This document shows, piece after piece, positions 29,670 to 40,644 of a stretch of DNA of 55,405 bases. Within the stretch, counting starts at the first letter, position 1, and each line of letters begins with the position of its first letter. Where the stretch lies: positions 1 to 55,405 of the forward strand of contig JAAYUW010000153.1 in assembly GCA_012517545.1 (NCBI GenBank), read 5' to 3'. The DNA is from Exilispira sp. (GTDB lineage: Bacteria; Spirochaetota; JAAYUW01). The notes below the pieces were generated by a model that saw only the letters and a list, made by a program, of their open reading frames with translations, did no database searches and was not told the DNA's origin. A program made the translations under genes and the position numbers.

Positions 29670-31010
29670 ATGCATCAATATATACCCCATACCGAAGATG
29701 ATATAAAATCAATGCTGGAAACTATAGGGGTTAATACTATAGATGATCTTTTTGCCGATATACCTGAAGAAGTTAAACTAAAAAAGACTTTAAATATTGA
29801 TAAAAATTCTTCAGAATTTGAGGTTTACAGAAAACTCAAGGAACTTGCAGAAAAGAATGATGCTTCTTTTATATCATTTCTTGGTGGTGGATGTTATGAT
29901 CATTTAATACCTAGTATAGTCAATCATATCACTGGAATATCCGAGTTCTACACTGCATATACACCTTATCAAGCTGAAATATCTCAGGGAACCTTACAAT
30001 CTATATTTGAATTTCAAAGCTTAATTTGTGAATTAACAGGTCTTGATGTTTCAAATGCATCCCTTTATGATGGGCATACAGCAGCTTCTGAAGCAGCAGT
30101 TATGGCACTTAATTCTGTTAAACACTCAGATACAGTGCTAATATCACAATATGTGCATCCATTTACCAAACAGGTTCTTAAAACATACTTTTTTGATATG
30201 GATGTAAAAATTATAGAAGTCAAAGGTACAAATGGTCGAACAGATATCAACGATCTTAAAGCTAAACTATCAGATAATGTTGCCTGTTTTATAGGACAAA
30301 CTCCAAATTTTCTTGGTTGCTTAGAAGATTTTAAGGAGTTTTCTAATCTACTTCATGAAAAAAAGAAACTATTTATTGTATCATCTAATCCCATCAGTCT
30401 GATTCATCTAAAAAATCAAAAAGAGTGGGGAGCTGATATTGCCATAGGAGATCTTCAGCCTTTTGGAATACCTCAATACTTTGGTGGCCCTTCCGCTGGT
30501 TACATAGCTGCAAAAGAAGAATATTTGCGAAAAATGCCAGGAAGGATAGTTGGTCAAACTGTTGATGTTAATTCTAAAAGAGGTTTTGTACTTACATTGC
30601 AGGCTCGTGAGCAACATATTAAAAGGGAAAGAGCAACTTCAAATATCTGTTCAAATGAGGCTTTAATGGCATTAGCTTCTACAGTTTATATGAGTGTCCT
30701 TGGGAAAAGTGGGCTTGAAGAGGTATCCCATAGATGTATTGATAATTCTCATTATCTATTTGATAAACTTGTAAAGATGAATATTGGTAAACCTGCTTAT
30801 GATCAACCTTTTTTCAATGAGTTTGCATTCAAATTCAATATGCCTGTGAACAAATTATTGGAAAACTTGAAGAAAGCAGGCATTCTTGGTGGTATATCTC
30901 TAAAAGAGTTACTTGGATCAGAGTTTGAAAATTGTCTTTTGATAGCCGTAACTGAAAAAAGGACTAAAGAAGAACTGGATCTTTTTGTAAATGTAGCTGG
31001 AGGTAAATAA
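29670..31010 (+). CDS. gcvPA: Glycine dehydrogenase (decarboxylating) subunit 1
   Basis: 446 aa. '[11 protein letters not shown]' is typical of the P-protein alpha subunit. AGGAGG Shine-Dalgarno upstream. Confidence 0.95.
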   Translation: MHQYIPHTEDDIKSMLETIGVNTIDDLFADIPEEVKLKKTLNIDKNSSEFEVYRKLKELAEKNDASFISFLGGGCYDHLIPSIVNHITGISEFYTAYTPYQAEISQGTLQSIFEFQSLICELTGLDVSNASLYDGHTAASEAAVMALNSVKHSDTVLISQYVHPFTKQVLKTYFFDMDVKIIEVKGTNGRTDINDLKAKLSDNVACFIGQTPNFLGCLEDFKEFSNLLHEKKKLFIVSSNPISLIHLKNQKEWGADIAIGDLQPFGIPQYFGGPSAGYIAAKEEYLRKMPGRIVGQTVDVNSKRGFVLTLQAREQHIKRERATSNICSNEALMALASTVYMSVLGKSGLEEVSHRCIDNSHYLFDKLVKMNIGKPAYDQPFFNEFAFKFNMPVNKLLENLKKAGILGGISLKELLGSEFENCLLIAVTEKRTKEELDLFVNVAGGK

Positions 31011-32455
31011 TGGATAAGCTTATATTTGAAATTTCTAAAGAGGGAAGAGTAGGCTATAAACTTCCTGAAAGTGAAATTCCTTCAGTTGACATAAATAAAA
31101 TTTTTCCTGAAGAACTATTAGCTTCAGAAGATAGAAATTTTCCTGAACTTTTTGAAGTTGATGTTATTAGACATTTCACTAATCTAGGGAGAAAAAACTT
31201 TGGAGTCGATGTTGGGTTTTATCCTCTTGGATCCTGTACGATGAAATATAATCCTAAAATAAATGAAGATGTTTCTTCCTTCGAAGGTTTTGCAAATATT
31301 CATCCTTTACAACCTGCTGAAACAATTCAGGGAATATTGGAACTTCAATATAAGATTTTACAAGCACTTTCCGAAATTACAGGGATGAAATGGGGAACAT
31401 TGCAACCTTTTGCCGGTGCACATGGTGAATTTGTTGGGATGAAATTATTCAAGGCTTATTTTAAAGCAAAAGGTGAAAAAAGAACTAAAATACTTGTTCC
31501 TGATTCAGCTCATGGTACAAATCCAGCATCAGCACATATATCAGGATTTGAGATCGTAGAGATTAAGTCTGGAAGTGATGGCTTACTTTCAATTGATGAG
31601 GTAAAAAAGAATCTTGGCCCAGATTTAGCTGGGCTCATGATTACAAATCCTAATACTCTTGGACTCTTCGAAAAGAATATTGTTGAAATTGCAAAACTTA
31701 TACACGAGGCTGGTGGTTTACTTTACTATGATGGCGCAAATTTTAATGCAATTCTAGGTAAAGTTCGCCCGGGAGATATGGATTTTGATGTTGTACATCT
31801 AAACTTACATAAGACTTTTTCAACACCTCACGGTGGTGGTGGACCTGGTTCTGGACCGGTTCTTGTTAAAGAAAAATTGGTCCCATTTTTACCTGTTCCC
31901 GACATATCTTTTAAAGATGGCAAATATTATCTCAACTATGATATTCCAAAATCTATTGGAAGAATATCAGGTTTTTATGGGAATATAGCAGTTATTGTTC
32001 GAGCCTATGCATACATACTAACAATGGGTCATGATGGCTTAAGACATGTCTCAGAAATGGCAGTATTGAATGCTAATTATCTTCGAAAAATGCTTTCCGA
32101 TAAAATACCAGTTGCATATGACAGTATATGTAAACATGAATTCGTTCTTACTGGCAAACCTATAAAAGATAGTTTTGGCGTATCAACTCTTGATATAGCA
32201 AAAAGAATGCTTGATTATGGGATTCATCCTCCAACAATCTATTTTCCTCTTATTGTCCCTGAAGCATTGATGATTGAGCCTACTGAAACTGAATCAAAAG
32301 AAACTCTGGATCACTTTTGTGAGATTATCGGTAATATTGTTAAGGAAATAAAAGAAAATCCAGAATTAATACATAAGGCACCTCTAAATACTCCAGTTAG
32401 AAGATTGGATGAAGTAAAAGCAGCCAAAGATCCAGTGTTGAGATTCAAAAAATAA
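31010..32455 (+). CDS. gcvPB: Glycine dehydrogenase (decarboxylating) subunit 2
   Basis: The PLP-lysine region '[18 protein letters not shown]' is present. The start overlaps the gcvPA stop by 1 nt (TAATG), which suggests translational coupling. Confidence 0.95.
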   Translation: MDKLIFEISKEGRVGYKLPESEIPSVDINKIFPEELLASEDRNFPELFEVDVIRHFTNLGRKNFGVDVGFYPLGSCTMKYNPKINEDVSSFEGFANIHPLQPAETIQGILELQYKILQALSEITGMKWGTLQPFAGAHGEFVGMKLFKAYFKAKGEKRTKILVPDSAHGTNPASAHISGFEIVEIKSGSDGLLSIDEVKKNLGPDLAGLMITNPNTLGLFEKNIVEIAKLIHEAGGLLYYDGANFNAILGKVRPGDMDFDVVHLNLHKTFSTPHGGGGPGSGPVLVKEKLVPFLPVPDISFKDGKYYLNYDIPKSIGRISGFYGNIAVIVRAYAYILTMGHDGLRHVSEMAVLNANYLRKMLSDKIPVAYDSICKHEFVLTGKPIKDSFGVSTLDIAKRMLDYGIHPPTIYFPLIVPEALMIEPTETESKETLDHFCEIIGNIVKEIKENPELIHKAPLNTPVRRLDEVKAAKDPVLRFKK

Positions 32456-32492
32456 ATAAAATTCTCTTGATTTTAAGAAAGCAAAAATTTAT

Positions 32493-32523
32493 AAAAAGGG
32501 TAGCTAAGTGGCTACCCTTTATT
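32493..32523 (+). terminator. Rho-independent terminator of the gcv operon
   Basis: GGGTAGC-taagtg-GCTACCC is a perfect 7-bp stem followed by TTTATT and preceded by an A-run. It lies 40 nt after the gcvPB stop. Confidence 0.7.
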
Positions 32524-32780
32524 GATTTCATATGTTGTAACTTTTTATTTTAAGCAATGGCAATTGGCAAATTTGAGATTATCGATTTTCAACATCTATA
32601 TTTTGCAAACAATCTTTGTTTCTTTATCCATATTTTACGTAATAATTAAGCGATTATTTCTTTAAATTTATTAAATTTTTTATCTTATTATATTTTTTTA
32701 ATAAAATGCGATATTATAAATATATAGAACAAATTTTTCCATGAATATTTATCCAGAAAAAAATTGCTTGTGAGGTCAAA

Positions 32781-33182
32781 ATGGATTTGAGAATAGAGCA
32801 TCTGTTTAAAAATGGTAAAGAAATACTCTTTGAAAGAGGAACAAACATATATAAGAAAAATGATAACATCAAAGATAACGCAATATATTATATAAAAGAA
32901 GGTTTGATAACTTTACGAATAATCAAGAAAAATGGCGACAAGATTAAGGTCTATAGGCAAAGAGGTGATCTTTTTGGTCTTGAAGATGCTATAACTATGG
33001 ATTATAGATTTCTTGAAGCTGTTGCTGAAGAAAATACTATAGTGTATGCATGGGCTAAAACTGATTTTATTTTGAATACTTCTATAAACTGGGAATTATC
33101 GCTTTATGCTATCAGATCCCTTTCTTCATTTTTAAGAATATTGAATTCAGAATTTCTGGATCAAAAGACATTTACCCTTTAG
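32781..33182 (+). CDS. Stand-alone cyclic-nucleotide-binding (CAP-effector-like) domain protein, degenerate phosphate-binding cassette
   Basis: 133 aa. The beta-roll pattern 'GDLFGLEDAI....YRFLEAVA' resembles the cNMP cassette but lacks the canonical FGE...R[ST]A. No HTH or other output domain. Confidence 0.7.
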   Translation: MDLRIEHLFKNGKEILFERGTNIYKKNDNIKDNAIYYIKEGLITLRIIKKNGDKIKVYRQRGDLFGLEDAITMDYRFLEAVAEENTIVYAWAKTDFILNTSINWELSLYAIRSLSSFLRILNSEFLDQKTFTL

Positions 33183-33225
33183 TTTAAAAGATGTTTTTTT
33201 CATTATATAATGATGAGGAATAAAA

Positions 33226-33639
33226 ATGGCTAAAATAACCGAAGATCTTATAAAATTTGGTTTTGAAGGTGAAGGTGGACTTACAGAAGAATTCATAAAA
33301 AGATATTCATTATCCTTCCCAAAGAATAAAATAGTTATACAGGAAGGTGAAAGATCATCTGATGTATATTATATTCTTGAGGGAGCTGTATATGTGGCTA
33401 AAAAATTGCACGATACTTTTAAAATTTTAACTTTTCTGGATAAGGGAGATATTTTTGGAGAAATGGGTGTATTTGAAGAAACTACAAGATCAGCAACCAT
33501 CATTACAAAAACAGACTCCACATTTTTAAAATTTACTAAAGATGAATTCATTGAAATATTGAAAATTCATCCAAGATGGATAGATAAAATAATAACAGAT
33601 ATGTCTGAAAGAATAGTACAAATGCTGCAAAAGTTATAA
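33226..33639 (+). CDS. Stand-alone cyclic-nucleotide-binding domain protein
   Basis: 137 aa. Canonical cassette 'GDIFGEMGVFEETTRSATIIT'. No DNA-binding or enzymatic domain. Confidence 0.8.
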   Translation: MAKITEDLIKFGFEGEGGLTEEFIKRYSLSFPKNKIVIQEGERSSDVYYILEGAVYVAKKLHDTFKILTFLDKGDIFGEMGVFEETTRSATIITKTDSTFLKFTKDEFIEILKIHPRWIDKIITDMSERIVQMLQKL

Positions 33640-33955
33640 GTTAAGTAAATATTTTACTTTATGTATGGAAAATATATAGATTAATCACTCCATTATAAAG
33701 TTTAAAGTTATAATTATCATTGCATTTATCAACAGATTATTTTCATAAAATCATTACTTAAAAACAATTATATGATTTCTTTGAAGAAATTTATCTTGAT
33801 ATAGTAGGATATATCTTAAAAGATCAGATACAGAAAAACCGTATTTTTATCAATCTTAATATCCATAGAGATAATAAGAGATAATAGTATAGGCTATAAG
33901 CAGATATAAGCTTATAATGCTACAATTTCTTACTTTTCGGTTTTTCTGTCAAGAA

Positions 33956-33996
33956 GAATTTAATTTTCCCCAAAAACAGGAATTTAAAATTCCCCA
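33956..33996. repeat. Direct repeat pair GAATTTAAtTTTCCCCA / GAATTTAAaATTCCCCA
   Basis: The 17-mers at 33956-33972 and 33980-33996 differ at 2 positions, and their starts are 24 nt apart. They lie in the long ORF-free region upstream of valS. Confidence 0.4.
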
Positions 33997-34372
33997 CTCA
34001 ACTTAAGTTTTTTAAAGAATAGATAAGAGGTTTTTCTTTGTAAACTTACAAATTAAATTTTGATTATAGACTCTGGTAACATGAATAAAGCAAATTCATA
34101 AATAACATTTATATATAAAGATATGGTGAAAAAAAAATAAAAAATGTTATAAATTACCAGATATAGTGCAATAATTATATTGCTGTGTCGTTGTAAAGTA
34201 CAGAAAAACCCTGAGTAATCTTAAAACTATTAATGAATAATTACTTATTATCCTAAAATAAAATATCATTGCCCTTTTATTTTAAGGTCTATTTTTAAAT
34301 AAATTTTATTGTTTTCTTTGTTAAATAGATTTTCTAAAAATTTTCTAAAATAAATTAAATAATGGAGTTTAT

Positions 34373-37027
34373 ATGAATAATAAAACAGATTTGAATGATA
34401 GGTATAATCCATCTGAATTTGAAGAAAAAATTTATAAGCTATGGGAATCATCAGGTGCTTTTAAAGTCAGGATAGATAAATCAAAAAAAAATTATGTTAT
34501 TCCAATGCCACCACCTAATGTTACAGGAATCCTGCATATGGGGCATGGTCTACAGGATACTATCCAGGATCTTTATATTAGATATAAGAGGATGAAAGGA
34601 TTTAATGTTTTCTGGATCCCGGGGAAAGATCATGCAGGTATTGCAACTCAAAATGTTGTTGAAAAAATGCTGGAAAAACAAGGTATTAAAAAAGAAGATC
34701 TCGGAAGGGATGATTTCGTTAAAAAAGTATGGGAAGTGGTAGAAAAACATAAAGATCATATATCAAAACAAAAAATTAAAATTGGTGACAGCTGTGATTG
34801 GTCAAAAGAAAAGTTTACATTAGATAAAGATCTCAGTCGAGCGGTTACTCACGCCTTTGTAGAACTATACAACAGAGGATTTATTTTTAAAGGTAAATAT
34901 ATAGTAAATTGGTGTCCTAGATGTGAAACAGCTCTTTCTGATGAGGAAGTTGATAAGATTACAGAAAATTCATTTCTCTGGGAAATTCGCTATCCACTTG
35001 CTGATGGCGATGGTTCAATTACAGTATCTACAACAAGACCTGAAACGATGCTTGGTGATACGGCAGTTGCTGTTAATCCCCAGGATCTGAGATATAAACA
35101 TCTTGTGGGCAAAAAAGTTAATCTTCCTTTAACAAATAGAGTGATCCCTATTATTGCAGATTCATATGTTGACCCTGATTTTGGATCTGGAGCTGTAAAA
35201 ATAACTCCAGCGCATGATCCGAATGATTTTGATGTCGCGAGAAGGCATAACCTTCCATCCATTGTTGTGATTGATTCAAAAGGTAAAATGACTCCGCAGG
35301 TTCCTCAACCATACAGAGGCCTTGATAGAGATACATGCCGGGAAAGAGTAATAAATGATTTGAAGGAACGCGGGTATCTGGTAAAAACTACAGAATATAC
35401 TCATAATGTTGGTAAATGCAGTAGATGCAATACCACTATAGAACCAAGTCTGTCAGATCAATGGTTTGTTGATCTAAAATCTATAAGTTCCAGAGCAAGA
35501 GAAGTAGTGGAAAACGGTACTGTTAAAATTTATCCTAAGAGATGGGAAAAAATTTACTTTGACTGGCTTGATAATATAAGGGAATGGTGTATATCACGTC
35601 AACTCTGGTGGGGGCATAGGATCCCGGTTTTTTACTGCAAAAACTGTGGGAAACAGATAGTCAGTGAAAGCGAAGTTAAGAGATGTCCGGATTGTAATAG
35701 TGATAATATAGAGCAAGATCCTGATGTCTTAGACACATGGTTTTCATCCTGGTTATGGCCATTTTCTACCCTTGGATGGCCTCTTAATACAGAAGAACTT
35801 GAACAATTCTATCCTGCAGATTTATTGGTTTCAGGATATGATATACTCTTTTTCTGGATAATAAAAATGGTTATTGCAGGAACCACTTTTACGGGGAAGC
35901 CTCCATTTTATGATATTTATCTTACTCCTCTTATAAGGGACAAATTTGGCAGGAAAATGGCTAAGTCACTGAATAATGGGATTGATCCTATTGAAATAAT
36001 AAATAAATATGGAGCTGACGCACTTAGATTTACTCTGGTTTATCTTTCTACAGATGGACAGGATATTTCTCTTGATCCTTTAAAATTTGAGATGGGCCGG
36101 AACTTCGCAAATAAACTTTTTAATGCCTTCAAGTTTTGCTACCCATATTTGAAGGAGACCATTGAACCTATAAGGTACGATGAATGTGACTTATATGATA
36201 GATGGATACTCAGTAAATTGCAAACTACAGTTAGAAATCTTGACCAATATTATGATAATTATAAACTTCAATTTATCGCCAGTTCCATCTACAATTTTAT
36301 ATGGCATGATTTTTGTGACTGGTATATTGAAAGTTGCAAACCATTTTTCTTCAATTCTGATAAAGAAACTGCAAATCAAGCTTATGTTAGAAAGGCAAAT
36401 ATATTGACCTACATTATGGATTATATTTTAAAAATACTTCATCCTTTAATGCCATTTATAACAGAAGAACTCTATCAGCATATGAAATCAAATAATGGAA
36501 ATTTGCTTACTATTCAAAAATATCCTGGAGTTGAAGAGAAATATATTTCAGATATTGATGAAAAAAAGTTTTCCTTTATAGAAAATCTTATAGTATCAAT
36601 GAGAACAATAAAGGCTGAGTTGAATCTTCATTCAAGAAAAGATCTGGAATTCTTTTACTTGACTAAAAATAGTGATGAAAAAAATATAATCGAAAAAGAA
36701 AAGGATTCTATAAAATTTTTAGCTTCAATTAAAGAGATAAAATTTATTGCAAAAGAGCCAGATTCGAGATTTTCATCTTCTGTTATTTCAGATACTATTT
36801 TATACCTTGTCATTGAAGATCTTGTTGATAAAAAAAAAGAGATTGAAAGACTCAAAAAAGAGATTGTAAAACTTGAAGCAACAAAAGAGAAACTTTCCAT
36901 AAAGTTAAATTCTGAAGATTTTAAATCTAAAGCTAAAAAGGAGATAATCGAAAAAACAGAAAAAGAGTATTCTGAGATAGAAAAAACCGTTGAGATATTG
37001 AAAGATAAGATCAACAAGCTTACTTAG
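34373..37027 (+). CDS. valS: Valine--tRNA ligase
   Basis: 884 aa. HIGH motif 'PPNVTGILHMGH', KMSKS variant 'RKMAKSLNN', a CP1 editing region and a C-terminal coiled coil. Confidence 0.97.
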   Translation: MNNKTDLNDRYNPSEFEEKIYKLWESSGAFKVRIDKSKKNYVIPMPPPNVTGILHMGHGLQDTIQDLYIRYKRMKGFNVFWIPGKDHAGIATQNVVEKMLEKQGIKKEDLGRDDFVKKVWEVVEKHKDHISKQKIKIGDSCDWSKEKFTLDKDLSRAVTHAFVELYNRGFIFKGKYIVNWCPRCETALSDEEVDKITENSFLWEIRYPLADGDGSITVSTTRPETMLGDTAVAVNPQDLRYKHLVGKKVNLPLTNRVIPIIADSYVDPDFGSGAVKITPAHDPNDFDVARRHNLPSIVVIDSKGKMTPQVPQPYRGLDRDTCRERVINDLKERGYLVKTTEYTHNVGKCSRCNTTIEPSLSDQWFVDLKSISSRAREVVENGTVKIYPKRWEKIYFDWLDNIREWCISRQLWWGHRIPVFYCKNCGKQIVSESEVKRCPDCNSDNIEQDPDVLDTWFSSWLWPFSTLGWPLNTEELEQFYPADLLVSGYDILFFWIIKMVIAGTTFTGKPPFYDIYLTPLIRDKFGRKMAKSLNNGIDPIEIINKYGADALRFTLVYLSTDGQDISLDPLKFEMGRNFANKLFNAFKFCYPYLKETIEPIRYDECDLYDRWILSKLQTTVRNLDQYYDNYKLQFIASSIYNFIWHDFCDWYIESCKPFFFNSDKETANQAYVRKANILTYIMDYILKILHPLMPFITEELYQHMKSNNGNLLTIQKYPGVEEKYISDIDEKKFSFIENLIVSMRTIKAELNLHSRKDLEFFYLTKNSDEKNIIEKEKDSIKFLASIKEIKFIAKEPDSRFSSSVISDTILYLVIEDLVDKKKEIERLKKEIVKLEATKEKLSIKLNSEDFKSKAKKEIIEKTEKEYSEIEKTVEILKDKINKLT

Positions 37028-37203
37028 AAAAAGAATAGATGTACTGGAAGATGTTTATAAGTTAAAGGATAAATTAAAAAAACAATATATTTTTAAGATA
37101 AGCAAAATATAAAAGAGAAAAAGTAAAACAGTATTTTTTTAAAGATTAACTGTAATTTGTATGTAATATATTTTAAAACTAAAGAGCATATTTTATTGAT
37201 TTT

Positions 37204-37680
37204 TTAATTTGCTTTTTTTATTATTGTAACCTTATTTGCGAAATCATCTATGTCATCAACTTGCAATAATGTACTAATCTTTTTATTAAGATAAACATCA
37301 AACAGCTTCAAAAGAATACGCATCTGTTTATCAAATATATAATTTTCTATATTTTCAAATCCCTTAACAAAACTGAAGTTTTCTTTCACTTTCATATAAC
37401 CATAGCAATAATTTTCTTCGGATAAATATCCAGTATGCTTTTTAATCCTGTTACTTTGTTTTGTAGCATAAAGTCCAAAAATATTTATTTCTTAATTATC
37501 ACGGAATAGATAATTTAGCATAGCTCCAGTCAGCATAGTTTTACCGGAGCTATTGAGTCTTCCCAGAGATAAAAAATCTCCTTTATCTACCACTAAATTT
37601 GATTTAGTTAGATTTTCTTTTTTATCTTGATTTTTTAAATAATTGCTTAATAATTTCGCAAGGTTCATTTTTACCTTCAT
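37204..37680 (-). pseudogene. Decayed P-loop NTPase gene fragment interrupted by one in-frame TAA
   Basis: Track ORFs 37492..37680 and 37204..37395 are in the same frame. My codon-by-codon read shows they are separated by a single TAA (37492-37494) and an otherwise open stretch. It carries the Walker A-like 'GRLNSSGKT'. The pattern 'VVDK..FLSLGR....GKT.L...ML.YLF' is reminiscent of the N-terminus of AAA-ATPase_like (PF09820-type) proteins, which are about 500 aa long. Confidence 0.45.
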
Positions 37681-37859
37681 ATGTATATCTTTTATTTCAT
37701 TTTGTTACATCGAGAAGGATTATTATTTTATTTACACACAATTGTTATATCATGAAACTTTATAGATATTGCAGCCAGATTTACCTGAGTTTAAAGCTCA
37801 GATAAATAAATCTATTTTTATAAATAGCCAATAAATGTTTTCTGGAATAAGGAGATTTT

Positions 37860-39605
37860 ATGTATTTGCAAAAACTATTTGGGCAGAGATTAAAAGATGA
37901 TCCTAAGGATGCCGAAATTGTGTCCCATAAGTTACTTGTTAGAGCTGGATATTTAAGGCAAAATGCAACAGGTATTTACTCATACTTACCACTGTTACAG
38001 AGAGTCCTTTTGAAAATATCTGAGATAGTTAGAGAAGAGATGGATGCAATAGATGGGCAGGAAATATTGATGCCACTGGCTCAACCAAAGGAGATGTGGG
38101 AGAAGACGGGAAGGTACCAGACAATAGCTCAAGAGCTTTTAAGATTTAAAGATAGATGGGATAAGGAGATGGTTCTTGCTATGACTCACGAAGAGGCTGT
38201 TTCTTATCTTGCAAAAAGTGAGCTTATCTCATACAGGCAGTTACCATGTATGGTATATCAGATTCAACTGAAGTTCAGAGATGAACCAAGATGTAGAGGT
38301 GGGATAATAAGAGTTCGTGAGTTTACTATGAAAGATGGATATTCATTTCATAGAGATGAAAAATGTCTGGATAATTATTATAAAAAAGTTTATAGGGCAT
38401 ATGAAAGGATATTTCATCGTGTTGGACTTAAAAAGGTCTTAGTAGTGCAGGCTGATCCAGGAATGATGGGAGGAAGAATATCCCATGAATTTATGCTGGA
38501 CACACCAAATGGGGAAGACACTATAGTGTATTGTCCAGAATGTGATTACAAAGCCAATAAAGAAGTGGCTACAGCCCAAATAGATGGACACCCTGAAGAT
38601 TTAAAAGAATTATGCAAAGTAGAAACCCCGGATAAAAAAACTATAGCTGATGTCGCAGCATACTTAAAGGTTCCAGAATATAAAACTGTCAAAGCTGTTT
38701 TTTACGCTGATGATAAGAATAATGTTTATTTAGTACTCATAAGGGGTGATAGAGGAGTAAATGAAACAAGACTTAGAAAACTCATAGGTTCAGGCTTTCT
38801 TAGATTTGCAGAGGAAGATGAAATAAAGAGATTCGGAGCAGTTCCAGGTTACGCTTCAAGCAGGGGATTAAAGACCGGGATAAAGATATTTGTCGATAGA
38901 ACAGTCTTGAGTTCAAATAATCTTGTAGCTGGAGCAAATGAGCAAGGTTATCATTACATAAATTTTAACTGGCAAAGAGACCATGGGCTTGAAGAGCTAT
39001 CGGATGTCAGGATAGAAGATTTTGCAGAGGTAGAAGAGAATGATAGGTGCCCTATGTGTGGTGAAAAGCTTAAGGTAACAAGAGGGATCGAGATTGGGAA
39101 TATCTTTCAACTGGGAGATAAATATACTAGAGCTTACGATGTGAGAGTTCTTGATGAAGCTGGAAAAACTTTTTATCCTGTGATGGGTTGTTATGGGATA
39201 GGGATAGGAAGACTTGCCGGAAGTGTTGTAGAAGAATCTCATGATGATAATGGCATAATATGGCCAATTTCCATATCCCCTTTTGAGGTAGAAATAATCG
39301 CTTTAAATCAGAAAAATAAAGATGTTTTATCTGAAGCCACTAAAATATACAATCAACTTAAAGAAGATGGATTTGACATACTACTTGATGATAGAGAAGA
39401 ATCAGCTGGCGTAAAGTTTGCCGATGCAGATTTAATAGGTATCCCGATACAAATCATAGTTTCAGAGAAACTTATTGCAGAGAAAAAGTTCGAAATTAAG
39501 TTAAGAAGTAATAATAATCGAGTACTTATTGATTCAAAAGAAATAAGAACACAAGTAGCGACACTTGTTGAAAGGGAGTACCTAAAGTATAAGGTTGAGG
39601 AATAA
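37860..39605 (+). CDS. proS: Proline--tRNA ligase (bacterial type with INS editing domain)
   Basis: 581 aa with class II motifs ('FRDEPRCRGGIIRVREF', 'GCYGIGIGRL'). AAGGAG Shine-Dalgarno upstream. Confidence 0.97.
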   Translation: MYLQKLFGQRLKDDPKDAEIVSHKLLVRAGYLRQNATGIYSYLPLLQRVLLKISEIVREEMDAIDGQEILMPLAQPKEMWEKTGRYQTIAQELLRFKDRWDKEMVLAMTHEEAVSYLAKSELISYRQLPCMVYQIQLKFRDEPRCRGGIIRVREFTMKDGYSFHRDEKCLDNYYKKVYRAYERIFHRVGLKKVLVVQADPGMMGGRISHEFMLDTPNGEDTIVYCPECDYKANKEVATAQIDGHPEDLKELCKVETPDKKTIADVAAYLKVPEYKTVKAVFYADDKNNVYLVLIRGDRGVNETRLRKLIGSGFLRFAEEDEIKRFGAVPGYASSRGLKTGIKIFVDRTVLSSNNLVAGANEQGYHYINFNWQRDHGLEELSDVRIEDFAEVEENDRCPMCGEKLKVTRGIEIGNIFQLGDKYTRAYDVRVLDEAGKTFYPVMGCYGIGIGRLAGSVVEESHDDNGIIWPISISPFEVEIIALNQKNKDVLSEATKIYNQLKEDGFDILLDDREESAGVKFADADLIGIPIQIIVSEKLIAEKKFEIKLRSNNNRVLIDSKEIRTQVATLVEREYLKYKVEE

Positions 39606-39725
39606 AACGAATTTTAGTGCATAATAAATTAATTTCTTATTTTTGCATCAATTTAGTTTTTTTATTGCTGGTTTTATAAATTGAAAAAAGTCAGAATTTT
39701 GGAATGAAATAGCTTTTGTTCATCA

Positions 39726-40319
39726 TCATGATTTTGCATATTGCAAGGCTCTCTTTGATAATTTAAAGCTTGTCCTATGAATAGGTGAATAACCATACTT
39801 CATTATTTCTTGAATATGTAGTTTTGTTCCGTAACCTTTATGAGCTGAGAAAGAATATGCTGGATAATCAATCGATATTTTTTCCATAAATCTATCCCTT
39901 TCGACCTTTGCAATTATTGAAGCTGCTGATACAGCCGGAATCCTATCATCAGCCTTAATATATGAAATAGTATCTGGTTTTTTTATAGGGTTATAGTTAC
40001 CATCAATATAAACAATTTGCAAAGAGTCTCCATAGAGATCTATAGAATCTTGATAAATTTGATTCATAAGAAGATATATTGCTTTTGCAATCCCGATATT
40101 ATCTATAACTATATTTGATAAATAATAAAAATTTTGCCAGATCGTTTTTTGATGGATTATTTTGTAAGATTCTTCTCTTTGAAGTGGTGAAAGTTTCTTC
40201 GAATCTCTTATTCTATTGTCAAAAAAGCCTTGATAAGTTATGACTCCGGCAACATATACAGGGCCAGCAAGACATCCTCTACCAGCTTCATCGATTCCTA
40301 AAATAAGATTTTTTTTCAT
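39726..40319 (-). CDS. rnhB: Ribonuclease HII
   Basis: 'GIDEAGRGCLAGPV' and 'ADDRIPAVSAASIIAK'. 197 aa. Confidence 0.93.
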   Translation of the reverse strand: MKKNLILGIDEAGRGCLAGPVYVAGVITYQGFFDNRIRDSKKLSPLQREESYKIIHQKTIWQNFYYLSNIVIDNIGIAKAIYLLMNQIYQDSIDLYGDSLQIVYIDGNYNPIKKPDTISYIKADDRIPAVSAASIIAKVERDRFMEKISIDYPAYSFSAHKGYGTKLHIQEIMKYGYSPIHRTSFKLSKRALQYAKS

Positions 40320-40644
40320 AAGTTATGATTCTTTCGTTTAATGAGCGTTTTTTATTTTTAAAGAAAAGTCATTTAGCCTGGTATATCAACCTTCATTCAT
40401 ATGGCTATGATAAATAATTCATCTCGTTGCTATTTAAGCTACTCAAAAGTAGAACTGTCCAAAGTCAAAAATCGGAGAATAATACTTTATTAATACAGTT
40501 AAAAATAGAAAGTCAAAAGTATAAGAAAAAGAAAACAAATTATTGTTTAATTTTACATTATTCCCACAAATTATTTTCTTGTTTTCCTTTAGTTTATATG
40601 GTCAAGTCATACAAAGAAACAGAGAGCATATTTCTTTATAATGC

